DNA of 64,000 bases from Chrysomallon squamiferum (GCA_012295275.1 CM022678.1:18290001-18354000); one strand, 5' to 3'. Shown: positions 1 to 13,996, numbered from the stretch's first letter. The notes: a model not told the origin generated them from the letters alone. A program made the numbers and translations.

Positions 1-822
1 ACTCGAATTTGCAGAAAGTAAATGAACTATAAAATTCTACAGCAATATGACAAAAGATGTAAATAAATACGCATTTCTAGAGACCAAACTAAATTATATT
101 ACACAAATATTCACAAGAATGCAAAAGAAGGGTAAACAAATGCAGAGAACATTGTTTGTCACGTGACAAAACTGTAAATGACGTTACACAAATCTGCGAG
201 ACACATCTTTAAGTCAAATGGAAACGACCTAACAAAAAAAACACTGTACATGAAGAAATTAGCACCTCTGAATATTAACAACGTACACAGATAGACATAT
301 TTACACACAAACATAGTCTTTACGTACATACATTCAAACATACAGACACAGATGTACACCAGAAACAAAAAAAACAACAAAAAAACAAACCCACACACAC
401 AAATTTTAACCTACATCAGTAATTATCTCGACATATTTTAACATTAAGCTTCATCGTGAGTGAAATACAACAGATTCACAATCGCTAAAAAACACAGCGA
501 TCAAAATCTGTGACAGCAGGAATGTCGCGATCACCGCTTGTCTGTTAATAATGAGAAGTATTAAATTATGTTAGGGGCGATAAATCACAGCTTCCGTTAT
601 CCTTACTGCACACAAAAGTAAATTGATTTCTTTTCGCCCCAGAGAATATTACATGAATTCTTCGTGTTGCTTTCATTTTTTAATGATGTTGTCAGAACAG
701 TCTGTGTGTGGCAGGAGAGAGGAATGTAAGGCAGGTACATGTATTTTGCATTTTTCAAAGTGTTTTTTTTTTTTTCGGTGTAGCTAGAGTGTTGTTTGGA
801 GACCAGAATTAAGAGATGTACG

Positions 823-885
<63 letters not shown>

Positions 886-974
886 GTGTTTGTGTGAGTG
901 GACAAGAATATATATAGTTATCAGAGTTGTTCAATGTCCAATGATAACAAACCGTTAAATGCCTCTGTTAGTAT

Positions 975-1008
<34 letters not shown>

Positions 1009-1679
1009 TAATAATACTGATGATGATGATGATGGTAAATGCCTCTTTTAGTATGTAATAATAATAATAATAATGAGGAGGATGGTAATAACAATGATGA
1101 TAATGTAAATAAAAATAATAATGGTAATGATAATGTATGCATGTATCTATGTATGTACGTATGTATGAAAGTATTATGTGTTTTTAATGATGATTTTATA
1201 TATATAGAGAGACTTTTATATACGTTTATAATATGTGTATGGTACATTTTACGAATTGTTGCATGTAAGTTGTCGGGCTATTTTTCTCGATTTTATACAT
1301 ATATATACACACATATATATATATACATATATTATATCTTTTATATTAACCGTCGTTTAGCACATGCTGGAAAGGGGAATAAAAAAAAAAACAGTCAAGC
1401 TTCAATCCAGCCCATAAACGGAAAAGAATATCTTCAAAAACAAATAAAAATAAACTAAATTCATGCGAGTGTTTAAAGATAATGAACAAATAACTATCCA
1501 TCTTACTTGATTAACGTATCATAATTATTGTATTATAAGAAGAAAAATAATAATAATAATAAAAAAATAAAAAAAATAAAAAAAATAAAATAAAAAAAAT
1601 AAATACCTGATTTTCCGCACGTCAAACAAGTCCGCTATTCTGTGTTAATCAGTTTACGAGGTCAGAGGTTTGTTTTTCG

Positions 1680-1887
1680 ACCAATGGCAGTTCTTACAAT
1701 CATTTCTTTCACATCTTGATAAATACGGTTGGTGGTGGTTACGATCAATCGACCAGTGACGTCATCTCGTAAAATGCCACGATGGACAAATGGTCAGTTC
1801 AAGTGCGATCGATAATCTAACGCTAGATAAGTTTAGGAATATTTGCACGGACACTGGTCATTTAAGATTTCCTCTCCGAGGGTAAGT
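1680..1887 (+). promoter_or_regulatory. Putative promoter and non-coding first exon of the NHL gene
   Basis: CCAAT at 1681, perfect CRE TGACGTCA at 1757-1764 and a consensus donor GG|GTAAGT at 1882. A matching acceptor (ttttaatgtacag|) ends at 3978, 113 nt before the ATG at 4092. Confidence 0.45.
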
Positions 1888-2032
1888 ATGTTACATATCA
1901 GTAGTGTACTTGTGTGGGTTTATATATGGATAGATGATGAATGCCTAACACAAACAGAAAAATGAATGTATAAGCATATGTATGTTTCTATATGTGTGTG
2001 TATTTCTATATAAACAGAAAAATTGTGTATAA

Positions 2033-2065
<33 letters not shown>

Positions 2066-3355
2066 TGTATGTATGTATGTATGTATGTATGTATGTATGT
2101 ATGTATTTTGTATGTACACATGTCTATATGAAGAGAGTAATTCCAAAACGCGATAAACGCCAAAATCAAAATTGAAATAAAATAAAATAAAATAAAAAAC
2201 GCCACCAAATGTTCATCATTTGACGGCTGTTCAACGCATCATAATCCTTTTCCTCAAAATTCTTTATCTGCCGCTGATCTACGCAGTAGACTACAGACCT
2301 TCGTTACATAACACGATAATCTCCAGAGCAGAAATAGTCATTTCTATCAAAACAAAGAAAATGGATTTATAGCGTTTTGGAACCAACCTCTTCATATGTA
2401 TGTATGTGTGTATACTCTTTATGTGTATCTATGCATGTGTGTATGTGTGTGTATGTATGTATGTGTGGGGGTTGGGGCGGTGGTGTTTATGTGTACAGTA
2501 AAACCATTTATTTGACTATCTCCAGTGGTTTTTATATATTTATATATTAATAACTAAATGATATTTTTCTATATATTCAAATTAAGATGAACTAATTCAA
2601 AGGTTATCTTGTCAAATATTTAAAAATTTTGTCAATAAATTGTACAGAGAATTTCAAATGAAATCCTAAAATAAATATCAATTGAAAGTGTTTCAACAAA
2701 TTTTTTTTTTTGAAAAAGAATAAATGTTTTGTAAATATGCAGCCCGATTTATTACATACACACGCACACCTCCATATAATACACTCACACAAAAACAAAC
2801 GTTTTTAAACAGAAAATATAATATGTTCATTTGCTGTGTTATATTATACAGCTACCTATCTTCATCATCATCATCTTTTATTTTTAACCTTTTCTTATCG
2901 CTAACTCGTTCTGTTTCGCATTTCTTCTTCTTCTTCGTCTTCTTCTTTTTATATGTTTAACATTTTATCAACTACACGTATCTACTGGGAACACCGCAGT
3001 TTGTACTCAGCTTTCTAATTATACGAATTCTCTTCACTCTTTAAGGAAATAATCGTGTGTGAGGAAGGAAGTGGTTACTGAATACAGACATAAGTAGGTT
3101 CAGCCATTCAAATACGTGCTGTCTGACTTTGTTTTACTGCTGTTACTTGTTTAGAATAGAAATGAGTTTTCTTTGTTCTACTTGTACTAGTTTATGTCGT
3201 AACAAATTTATCAGCATACTTCCATCTTTCTCTTATGTGTATATTTGTGTGTGTGTGTGTGTGTGTGTATATAGATATATGTATGTGTGTATGTTTGTCT
3301 GTCTGCCTATATGTAAGTATGCCTATATGTATGTATGTGTATAATCTGTCTATGT

Positions 3356-3451
<96 letters not shown>

Positions 3452-3709
3452 GTCTGTCTCTCTCTTATGTTTGTCTGTCTGCCTATATAAAATATATGTA
3501 TATGTGTACAATCTATGTGTGTGTCTCTCTCTCTCTTCGTCACAAATGATCTTCATATTACGTGAACTGTTGATCTCACGCGAAGGAGCGGTCTAATATA
3601 CATGGTCACCATAACAACGCACGTAATATCATCTTGATATATCGGGAAAATAAACCGATACACTGTCACGTAACTAAGATCATAAGCTACTTTGTGATTT
3701 GAATTTCTG

Positions 3710-3797
<88 letters not shown>

Positions 3798-4091
3798 GGA
3801 AACATTCACAAATTTTCATTTCTGTCGTTCTCCGCTCTCTCTATCTCTTCTCTCTTTCTGTATATCTATATCGCTGTAAACTTATCATCACTGTTTTCTC
3901 TTTCTTTTTAATCTGTCTATCTATATCATTACTCTGTCCTTATAACTGATTATCTTAATTTTTGTTTTTAATGTACAGAAGCAGTATCGGATCTATGATA
4001 CAGAGGACGAACAAGATAGTAAATAAATAAATATAATTTAACAAAAAAAAAAACGAAAAAAAAAAACAAATTAAAAACGACAAGCTTCTAA

Positions 4092-4934
4092 ATGGATTGC
4101 AGCAACCACAAATTCGTCCTGGAAAACAGTTTCTCTGCTCGGCTAAAAAACGACCCAAGTTTGCTGGGATCGAACATCACGGACGTCGTAGCTTTTAAAA
4201 CAGACAAATTCAAAACGATCATCGCCGCAGACTGCAACAACAAGAGGATCAAACGATTTTGCTTTCACCACGGAAAGACGACGCTCAGTTCGCTGGAAGT
4301 CGAAAGCGAACCGCGAGGACTGGCGAAAATCACCGAGCACACGGTCGTGGTCAGTCTTCACGGCGTGAAACAGCTTTGTTTCATTCGGATCGATTCGGAC
4401 ATCTTCGTCACTTTCCGAGTTAAGACCGACAAAGAATATTACGGCTTGGCGGCGATTAGTGACGACACGATAGCCGCCAGCGCCCCCTGGCACCACCCAC
4501 CAACGGTCGACGTCATAAGCACCAAAGGGAGAGTACTCCGATCAATCAACAGAAGCGTGGACGGAATAAATCTGTTTTCTAGTCCGAAATACCTAACGGT
4601 GTCTCCCTGCGGAGATATTCTCGTTTCCGATATCCTAAATATATCGCTGACCTGTGTGACGTCATCGGAACATGTCAAATGGGTGTATCAACCCAACAAC
4701 TCGGACACGTTAGCGGAACCCCGTGGCATCGCCTGCAATTCAAAAGGTGAAATTTTCCTCGCGGAAAACCATCTGCACAAGATTCTCAAACTGTCGGCCG
4801 ATGGCGTGTTGCTTGGCAACGTTCTGACGCGTTGTGATGACGTCATTTGGCCCGTGTCTGTTTTCATTAACGAGGATAATAAACTGTATATATCGCAAGC
4901 TGAGGGCCAGATTAAAGTGTACAAGTGTCAGTAA
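4092..4934 (+). CDS. NHL-repeat / six-bladed beta-propeller protein (TRIM-NHL C-terminal-like), 280 aa, single coding exon
   Basis: Non-repetitive 280-aa ORF with recurring NHL-like blades (EPRGLA, FSSPKYLTVSPCGDILVSD, LAEPRGIACNSKGEIFLAE, WPVSVFINEDNKLYIS). An in-frame TAA lies immediately upstream of the ATG (4089-4091). Confidence 0.85.
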   Translation: MDCSNHKFVLENSFSARLKNDPSLLGSNITDVVAFKTDKFKTIIAADCNNKRIKRFCFHHGKTTLSSLEVESEPRGLAKITEHTVVVSLHGVKQLCFIRIDSDIFVTFRVKTDKEYYGLAAISDDTIAASAPWHHPPTVDVISTKGRVLRSINRSVDGINLFSSPKYLTVSPCGDILVSDILNISLTCVTSSEHVKWVYQPNNSDTLAEPRGIACNSKGEIFLAENHLHKILKLSADGVLLGNVLTRCDDVIWPVSVFINEDNKLYISQAEGQIKVYKCQ

Positions 4935-5162
4935 TATGTCATTTTTTTTTGTCCGGCTTCATTATAGAGGTTAAAAAGTAATTACGTCATCATCAAATTT
5001 TCATTCTGGTCTTAATGTTAAAACTATTAAAAAAAAAAAAAAAAAAAATTTGTCTAATTTTGTCCAAAAACGGACAATAGCCATACCTTCAGTCATGTAA
5101 AAATATTTTTTTCTCTCTCTCAAAAATGTTCCTTTTGAGATAATAGGTTATATAGGTTGTTT

Positions 5163-5198
<36 letters not shown>

Positions 5199-5618
5199 TA
5201 TTTATTTTCTCTCCCGATGTGTGTTTATACATAAAATCTAATATATTTATTGTTGTTGTTGTTACTGTTATTACTATGTTTAAATAATAAAGGCATTTCT
5301 CAAATTATTTTGTTAATAGTATTAGAAATATTATAACTGAAAACAATTTATTTCAAGTCCAGATTCGTTTAATGTATTGTCTTCCTATCTTCGAAATAAA
5401 TTTATATATTAATTATTTTAGATTAATTTCTTATTATATGTAATTATCATCAATACTGCTATCTTTAGAAATTTCGAATTTATTATTTGTTCCTTAAATT
5501 GTCACCATTTTGTTCTAAAATAAATTAATTGATGTGAAAGTTTTGTTGTTGTTTATTTTTAATTTAGCTTTTGAGGGGTTTAAGATTATTAACATAATTA
5601 CTTTTTTGGCATCCATAC

Positions 5619-5799
<181 letters not shown>

Positions 5800-6218
5800 A
5801 TTATAACTCACTGAATTGTATCATTGTGTTGTATCTGTAAAAGTAACAAATAAAACTCTTTACAGACTTTTAAACTCGTATTTCGTGTTTGGCTCAGCAC
5901 ACTCGACACAGCCTTTCAGCGAGAGTGACCCTGGGGTCACGCACTACTAAAAAAAGATTAGTCACGTGACTCTCCATAGACCGTGACGAAACCTTGAACA
6001 GGATGTATGTCACCCAGTAAAACGTTCGTAATTCAAACACACCTGGATTTCGGCTACCGACTCTTACAGGTAAACGTTTCTTTTGAAATTATACTAAGAA
6101 CTAAATTTAATCGTAACAGAACCGTTGTGCCTCGTTATACTACTACTATATTCAAACTACGTCGAGTTTTTAAATCGTAAGTAAACAGTTCAGGAATGGT
6201 ACGTTATCATCCCAGCCT

Positions 6219-6295
6219 GCTTAAACGATTTAAGCTTACCTGTAAGAGGTAATTAACGCCGACGAAGCTTACAGGTGAGTTAAGTCCGTTTAAGT
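6219..6295. other. Imperfect hairpin (~28-bp stem, ~21-nt loop)
   Basis: gcttaaacgatttaagcttacctgtaag (6219-6246) is complementary to cttacaggtgagttaagtccgtttaagt (6268-6295), with G-U pairs and small bulges. Confidence 0.55.
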
Positions 6296-7468
6296 CACGT
6301 AATGTTTGTCTACATCCATCTTTCATGCTGTAAGAGTTTTCACATTTTTTTTTTTCAGTAGCTTAACATCTGCTTTCTCGTCCTGCGTTAAAGCTCTCTT
6401 TCTCTGCTATCTCACTTGGGTTAAAGCAGGCTATCCTGACCTTCTGTTCAGTTGTTATTTTAACAACGTTTTAGTATATGTCTTTTAGATACAAATGAAT
6501 GCTGAAAGGCGTATAATATCTTTTTAACTGGTGTTGGTATTAATGAGATATAGGAAATCGAACCCAAAATGTGTTAAATATTTGAGATATGACTGTAATT
6601 ATTATTTTAATTTTTGTTTTGTTAACTTAATGATGTGACGTTAAATAAATCAGTAAAAATGCAGAGACAGACAGACAAACAGAAAGATAACACTACAGAA
6701 AGAGACAAACATTGACAGACATTCCGACAAAAACGAGTAGAATTTTAAATATATACATTTACTTAAATATATAAATACACAATCATGCACAAGACAGCTA
6801 TGTATAATTCTTTTGAATTGCAACTATCAATAATTTCACGATTAATATCGGCAGTATTACAACAACAAACAACTACCACTACTACTACAAATAATACTAC
6901 TGTTGCTAATATTCCTATTACTACTACGACAGCAACTGTTACTATTATGCTATTACAACAACTACTACTACTTCTACTACTATTACAACAACTACTACTA
7001 CTTCTATTCTACTACTACTACTGATAATAATAACTACAACTATTATACGTTACTACTGCTGCTACTACTACATTACTACTATTTTTACTATCATTTTCTA
7101 TTATTTAATTTACTACTACTGATAATAATAATAATAATAATAAAATAATAATAATTATTAATTAATACTAATAATAAGTAATACTAATAAAAATAATAAT
7201 AATAATCATAATAATAATAATAATGTAATAATAATAATAATTACAATTATAAAGCAATAATATAATAGCAGTAATATAACAACAACAACAACAAAACAAA
7301 TAAGCAATTACTAACATATGGAGGATATCTACAAACATTTTCTTCTTCTTTCTTTCTGTCTTTCTTCCTTTTTCATTTTTCTTTTCTTTTTTTTTAATTA
7401 AAAATTAATGACTCATAAAAAACTAAATTCATGAATAAAACCAGAAGCAATACGAATGAGTCAACACG

Positions 7469-7925
7469 ATATGAGTTAATGAAATGTTGTAAATAACTTT
7501 TAAGATTATTACAGATAAAGAAAGTATACACATATATATATATATATATACTTTTTGATTTATTTTCTTCCTTCTTCTTCTTTCATTTCTTTTTTTCTTT
7601 TTTTTTTTCTCTCTCTTTTTTTTTTTTTTTTACTTTCCTGTTACAGTGACATAAGTTAAGTTTCGCATCAATGAATTTATATATATATATATATATGAAG
7701 GAAGAAAAGAAATCTAAAAGTGTATATATATATGTGTGTGTATACTTTCTTTATCTGTAACAATCTTAAAAGTTATTTACAACATTTCATTAACTCATAT
7801 ATATATATAAATTCAGTGATGCGAAACTTAACTTATGTCACTGTAACAGGAAAGTTAAAAAAATAAAAAATAAAATAAAAATAAAAAAGAAAGAAAGAAG
7901 AAGGAAGAAAAGAAATAAAAAAGTA
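7469..7925. repeat. Complex local inverted duplication bounded by (TA)n tracts
   Basis: ~7697-7800 is the reverse complement of ~7469-7575. ~7800-7925 is the reverse complement of ~7550-7690 (e.g. ttcctgttacagtgacataagttaagtttcgcatca versus tgatgcgaaacttaacttatgtcactgtaacaggaa). Confidence 0.85.
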
Positions 7926-8619
7926 ACAAAACTGGGGAAAAAAAGTAAGGAAGTTAGGGTGCAAGATTTTGTTCACTGAAGAAAATATATTATTATTATT
8001 ATTAATCCTAGTGGAAATAGCACTAACAGTAGTAGTAGTAATAGTAGTAGTAGTAGTACTGGTAAGTAGTAAGTAGTAGTAGTAGTAGTAGTAGTAGTAG
8101 GAAGTATTATTATAATATATATATACACACACAAACACAGATATACACACATACACACACATATATACATATGAACTTATATATTAGTAGTATTTGTATT
8201 AGTATTAGTAGTAGTAGTAGTGGAGTTCGTTGTACTAGTAGTAGTATAATGGTATCGTAGTAACAGTGTTATAGTAATATCAGTTGCAGTAGTTTTGTGT
8301 AGTCCTATTTATAGTGGTAGGTATAGTAGTACTAATTTCTTTTTGCATATACGTAATACGTTACAGAAACACAGACAGACATATCACTGGATAGATAGAA
8401 AGAAAGACAGCTAGACAAATTTATTTATAGATAAGATATACGAACAGACAGGCAGAGAGACAGATTACTAGGTACAAAAGCAGGTTTGACAGGCATGTAT
8501 ACATACTGTAATTACAAAATGAACGAAAACAATATTTTTTTCTTTCTTTCTTTTTTTTTTAATTTTCGTTTTTTCATGGACGGTTTCATGTTGGGACTTC
8601 CTCAATCGGCCCCCACATA

Positions 8620-8978
8620 GACTCGCGCCTGCGCAGTTGCTCACTTGACTAATTACTTGATTCACAGATCTATTTCTGTTTTAAGCCATGTTTGTTCCTG
8701 CTTTGACTAAAACAGGTTTTTAATAAACGACACGAGAGTTTTCTGCTGGTTCTTTATTAAGGGCATACCATGTATTTGTCATAGAATCATTTTATAAACG
8801 TTTCAGATGAAGTAAGTATTTTTAAAATAATGTAGCTAACTAATTAATGAAATAAATAAATCATTAACTCAGTCAATCAATCAATATATTAATGTATAAA
8901 TAAATAAGAAATATAAAGCCATAGCTTGATAAACATAAAAAAAATAATAATAATAAAAAAAAATAACAGCAAACAAAA

Positions 8979-9021
<43 letters not shown>

Positions 9022-9140
9022 AAGCATATTAGGATTCTAAATAATATAAATCAAACTAAATTAATTAATTATCTTCTCTTTTATGACTTTTTTATTTTAT
9101 TTTTTAAATAATTATTTCCATGTTTTTTGTTTTTTTTTAG
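8620..9140 (+). promoter_or_regulatory. Putative promoter, non-coding exon and intron upstream of the TRIM-like gene
   Basis: NRF1-like GCGCCTGCGC at ~8625, donor AA|GTAAGT at 8812 and a polypyrimidine acceptor tttttttag| ending at 9140. This implies a long A-rich 5' UTR, 9141-10059. Confidence 0.35.
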
Positions 9141-10059
9141 ATATTAAAACGAAACTGATTCTACATACATCACATTACATACTCTACATTGCTGAAGAGA
9201 CCAAGTTAATCCTTTGTTTAAATAAAAACATCCTCCACAACGACGACACCTACAACGACTAACACACAGAGAGAAACACTGAAAAAAAAAACGCTGATAT
9301 TTTATCTGTTAGAAAAAGCGTAGACACGTCATGAAAAAAATTTCGGCGTACAAAGACGAGCAGTCAAGAAGACAGAAGACGAAGCGTTTCACAAACACAC
9401 CACTGTGAGAGCGACAAAAGAGACGAGTGATTCCCAAAACGATATCATCGTATTTAGAAAGGACAACAACGACGACAACAGCAACAACAAAAGGACCTAC
9501 GCGAGTTAGATCATCGTAGAAGCAGAAGAAAAAAAAACAAAAAAAACTCGCAAACAAAGGCGAGTCGTGTTAGGGTTATGTCGCTGTACGCAAAAACAAA
9601 CAAAGCATAATAGTTGAGTTGTTACGACAAAGGACCAAGAAGAAGAAGAAGAAGAAGTGACACTTAATGGTGACGTCGTATAACGAGCAAATAAAAAAAA
9701 TAGCAGATCAGCTGTCTGGTGAATATGTCGTCGTAGGAAGAAAAAAAGTTCTTACAATGACTGGAAAATAGTCAAGAAGTAGTAACTAAAAAAAAAAAAA
9801 AAAACAGAAAAAAAAAGAGAAGACGAGTCAAAGAAAAATAATTTGTCTTATAAAGAACAAATACTAAATAAAGGCGACTTGTATCTGGTTAAGAAGAAGA
9901 AGAAGAAATAGCACAACAACAACATCAGCAACAACAAAAATCACATTATCCCAAGGTTACATCATTACAGAAACCAAAACAAGGGAACAAAAATAATTTA
10001 AAATAATAACAATAATAATAAAAACATAAAATAAAATAAAACTGATTTAATAATTTGAA

Positions 10060-10525
10060 ATGGAAGACAACGAGAATTTAGCGGAGGAATTAACGTGTTC
10101 TATTTGTCTGGAACTGTTTATAGAACCTCTTCAACTCAACTGCATGCACTCCTACTGCAAGAAATGCATGGGCGACATTATGAAAGTTAAAATCAAAGAT
10201 GGCGGAACTTCCGATGAAACGAAAGTCTATTACGTCAAGTGTCCTGAATGTCGTTCGATCACGAGCTTGAAAAACGGCCTCCCTGACCTTCCGAAGAATT
10301 TCATCCTGGCGAACATTGTCGACAAATATCGGGAAGCTTCGGCAAGTTACGGAAAGAAAGTGTTTTGCTCACTGTGTGAGGATGTTCCGACGCTTGCCGT
10401 TAAAACGTGTAAGAGCTGCAGCAACACGAGCTACTGTCGCCAGTGTTTGATCCAGTGTCACCCGGAACGCGGAGTCTTCAGACGTCACACGCTCGTCGAT
10501 CCCACGGTTGACTTCATGCCTCCAG
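10060..10525 (+). CDS. TRIM-like E3 ubiquitin ligase, coding exon 1 (RING finger + B-box type 1)
   Basis: EELTCSICLELFIEPLQLNCMHSYCKKC...CPECR is a C3HC4 RING, followed by the TRIM linker LPKNFILANIVD and the B-box CSLC...CKSC...YCRQCLIQCHP...H. Donor CAG|GTAAAA at 10526, phase 1. The ORF continuation into (CA)n sequence is intronic. Confidence 0.9.
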
Positions 10526-10592
10526 GTAAAATCATTATTTTTCTTTCTAGCGTGTGGATTGGATTAGCTTCTGCCTTGTATTTGGACAGAGA

Positions 10593-10594
<2 letters not shown>

Positions 10595-10625
<31 letters not shown>

Positions 10626-10985
10626 CCACAAATACACACACAAACACACACACATCCACACACACACATCCACAAATACACACACACACACACACACACA
10701 CACATCCACAAATACACACACACACACACACACACACACATCCACACACACATCCACAAATACACACACACACACATCCACAAATACACACACACACACA
10801 TCCACACACACACACATCCACAAATACACACACACACACATCCACACACACTCACACACACACACACATCCACAAATACACACACACACATCCACACATA
10901 CACACATCCACACATCCACACATCCACAAACACACACACACACACACATCCACAAATACAAACACACACACTTACACTCACACAC
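10595..10985. repeat. Compound (CA)n / cacatccacaaata minisatellite in TRIM intron 1
   Basis: Repeated acatccacaaatac blocks separated by variable (CA)n. Confidence 0.9.
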
Positions 10986-11070
10986 TATCTGTATGCATGA
11001 ATGTGTGTTTACGTGTATAAATAACGTATGGTTGTTTGTGCATCTATGTTTGTGTTTGTTTATATATCTA

Positions 11071-11146
<76 letters not shown>

Positions 11147-11255
11147 TGTATGTATGTATGTATGTATACATGTATGCATGAATGTATGTATATGTGTATG
11201 TATGTATGTTTGTATGTGTATGTATATATATACATATATATGTACATATGTCTAT

Positions 11256-11353
<98 letters not shown>

Positions 11354-12482
11354 TATGCATGTGCTTATATATATATATGTTTGAATTGTTTCTAATATTA
11401 AATCTTTTGGACGCTTATTCTGCTGTATTCTTGCCTGTGTAAACAAAAATAAAATGTAATTATAATTCTAAGCCTTAATATCGATTGCTGATTTATCACA
11501 GAGAGCATTTATTTAAAATAGTCCAAATCGATGTGGACTACAACGTGGACGCTTGTGTAACGGGCTAATTAGTGTAGAAGATTATGTAGGATGGTGTTCT
11601 TAAGGTGTTTACAGATTCATTTTCGTAGTGATTTTTAAAATGAAATGGAATTACCGTGATAGCGTTTTAAATAAAGACTGATTAAAGATAATTTTAATAT
11701 TGTTTAAAAAAAAAGGTCAGTACGAAGAGGCCAAACAGATAAACACACGTACCCACAACCGTAACATCCATAACCACACCCACCGTCACACCCACCGACA
11801 CCCACTGGCAGACTATAAAATGTAAAAATAGTTTATATTATTACTATGGAAAGACAAAGACGGTATACTATTTTTTTATAAAGAAAAATTAATTATGTAA
11901 TTAAATACACTCATTTATTCATTCTTCCATTCATCCATCTGTCCATCCTTCATTCCATTCATTCATTCATTCATTCATTAATTCACTCATTCATTCATTC
12001 ATTTCATTTATCATTCCTTCAGTCCATACATCATTTTAATGCGGTAGAAAATATATTTAGCGAACTCAAAGTGTTTTTTCTTTCTTTTTTCTTATTTAAA
12101 TAGGTTAAAATAAACACAAGTCGTTTATTTAACGCTGCTAACAAATCAACCAGAAAAAACCACGTACAAGTCTGATATATCAGTGCATGTTAGAACGCGA
12201 TAAGTATCTGTTGTACCTAGCTATACGACATAAATCACTTACTTACCCATGTGTCACCTGATTTTTCTCTGAGGGCCTATTACTGTAGATTTGATATCGT
12301 TAATCGGCTGACAAGGAATTAAGTATTCTATCTACCGAAATGACCTATTAATCTTGCCCGAAACGGTCAATCAAAATTTGTACGTTGCTATGGCGATGTA
12401 CGGTAACGTCATATTAACGTGGGGACATATATTGATAGAGTGATAGATAATTGATATTATGTGTGTACGTCATTACTTGACT

Positions 12483-12581
<99 letters not shown>

Positions 12582-12731
12582 TTTGTTTGTTGTTTACTAT
12601 TTAACTGACTTGCGTATAATTTTGTATCCATCTCTGAAATACTTTACACTCAACTGCATACGATTAAAATAATAATAATAAATAAATAATTAAAAAGATA
12701 TATAAAAAAATAATTAAATTAAAAAAATGAT

Positions 12732-12770
<39 letters not shown>

Positions 12771-13031
12771 TATGTATGTATGTATAACTTGTTCATTTAG
12801 TAATAGAACTTTTGTTCATTTAGTAAAACTACCTAAAAGAACACCTATCAGTAGAACTAGTTGTAGAGGTAAACTCATCTAATGACATGGTACAATATTA
12901 TTACTAACGTAATTTATTTGAAAGACAAATTTCCACATGTAGATCCAATAAAATAAAATTAAATTAAAAATATAAATAAAATGAAAAAAAATGACGAAAT
13001 GCTTGGCATCAAAATAATTAAGATTCAGAAA

Positions 13032-13066
<35 letters not shown>

Positions 13067-13074
13067 TTATTATT

Positions 13075-13106
<32 letters not shown>

Positions 13107-13125
13107 CATCATTATCATTATTATT

Positions 13126-13157
<32 letters not shown>

Positions 13158-13225
13158 CATCATCATCATCATCATCATCATCATTATTATTATTATTATT
13201 ATGATTATTATTATTATATTTTTAG

Positions 13226-13552
13226 TTTCAGAAACTAAAGCGATTCTAGCGTCACCGAAGATTTCGTCAATCAAACCTCTGCGATCGCTGAGCGACATAG
13301 CAAAATGCGAAATCGTTTGGCAGGTTTGTCCCGGAAGCAAATCCTACAAGATTATCTGCTCAAGCCGCATGCCCAGTGGGAAGACTTCCGGTCTCATCGT
13401 GGCTGGCCTCGACGACGACGACGCCAAGTCGTTTTTACTCGACGGACTGCAACACGAACACACGTACAACGTCTCGATGATTGCGGTTTACGAGGAAGGG
13501 GAGAGCACTCCCTCTGATGTTGTGAAAGTTTCTACGACAAGAAAGGTTGAAG
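13226..13552 (+). CDS. TRIM-like gene, coding exon 2 (fibronectin type III domain)
   Basis: CEIVWQ...SYKI...FLLDGLQHEHTYNVSMIAVYEEGESTPS is an FN3 pattern. Phase-1 acceptors at 13225 (tttttag) or 13231 (tttcag), and a phase-1 donor GAAG|GTACGC at 13553. Confidence 0.8.
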
Positions 13553-13717
13553 GTACGCGTCTGTGTAGATGGTGTGCGTTTGTCAAGAGTGGAAAAAAAA
13601 AATATGTTTATGATGTTTATAAGAGAAAAGAAGAAAAAATATAAACAAATAAACGAAAACAATAAATAAAAAAAAATAAAATAAAATAAATTAAGTTTTT
13701 ATTTATTTATTTTTCTT

Positions 13718-13719
<2 letters not shown>

Positions 13720-13783
<64 letters not shown>

Positions 13784-13849
13784 TTACTAGTACTATTACT
13801 ACTACAACTATTACAACTACTACGCTATGTTAACTTTTTCTAATAATAA

Positions 13850-13880
<31 letters not shown>

Positions 13881-13953
13881 AATAATAATCATACTTCTAC
13901 TACTACTACTACTACAACTACTACTACAACTACTACGCTATGTTAACTTTTTC

Positions 13954-13996
<43 letters not shown>

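Noticed and set aside
5026-5048. A-run after the intronless NHL ORF, suggesting a retrocopy
   Set aside because: Poly-A/T runs of this length occur throughout the window. There is no target-site duplication, and the gene appears to have a 5' UTR intron.
10526-11181. His/Thr-rich C-terminal extension of the 373-aa RING ORF
   Set aside because: This is read-through into an intronic CA-rich repeat past a good donor at 10526.
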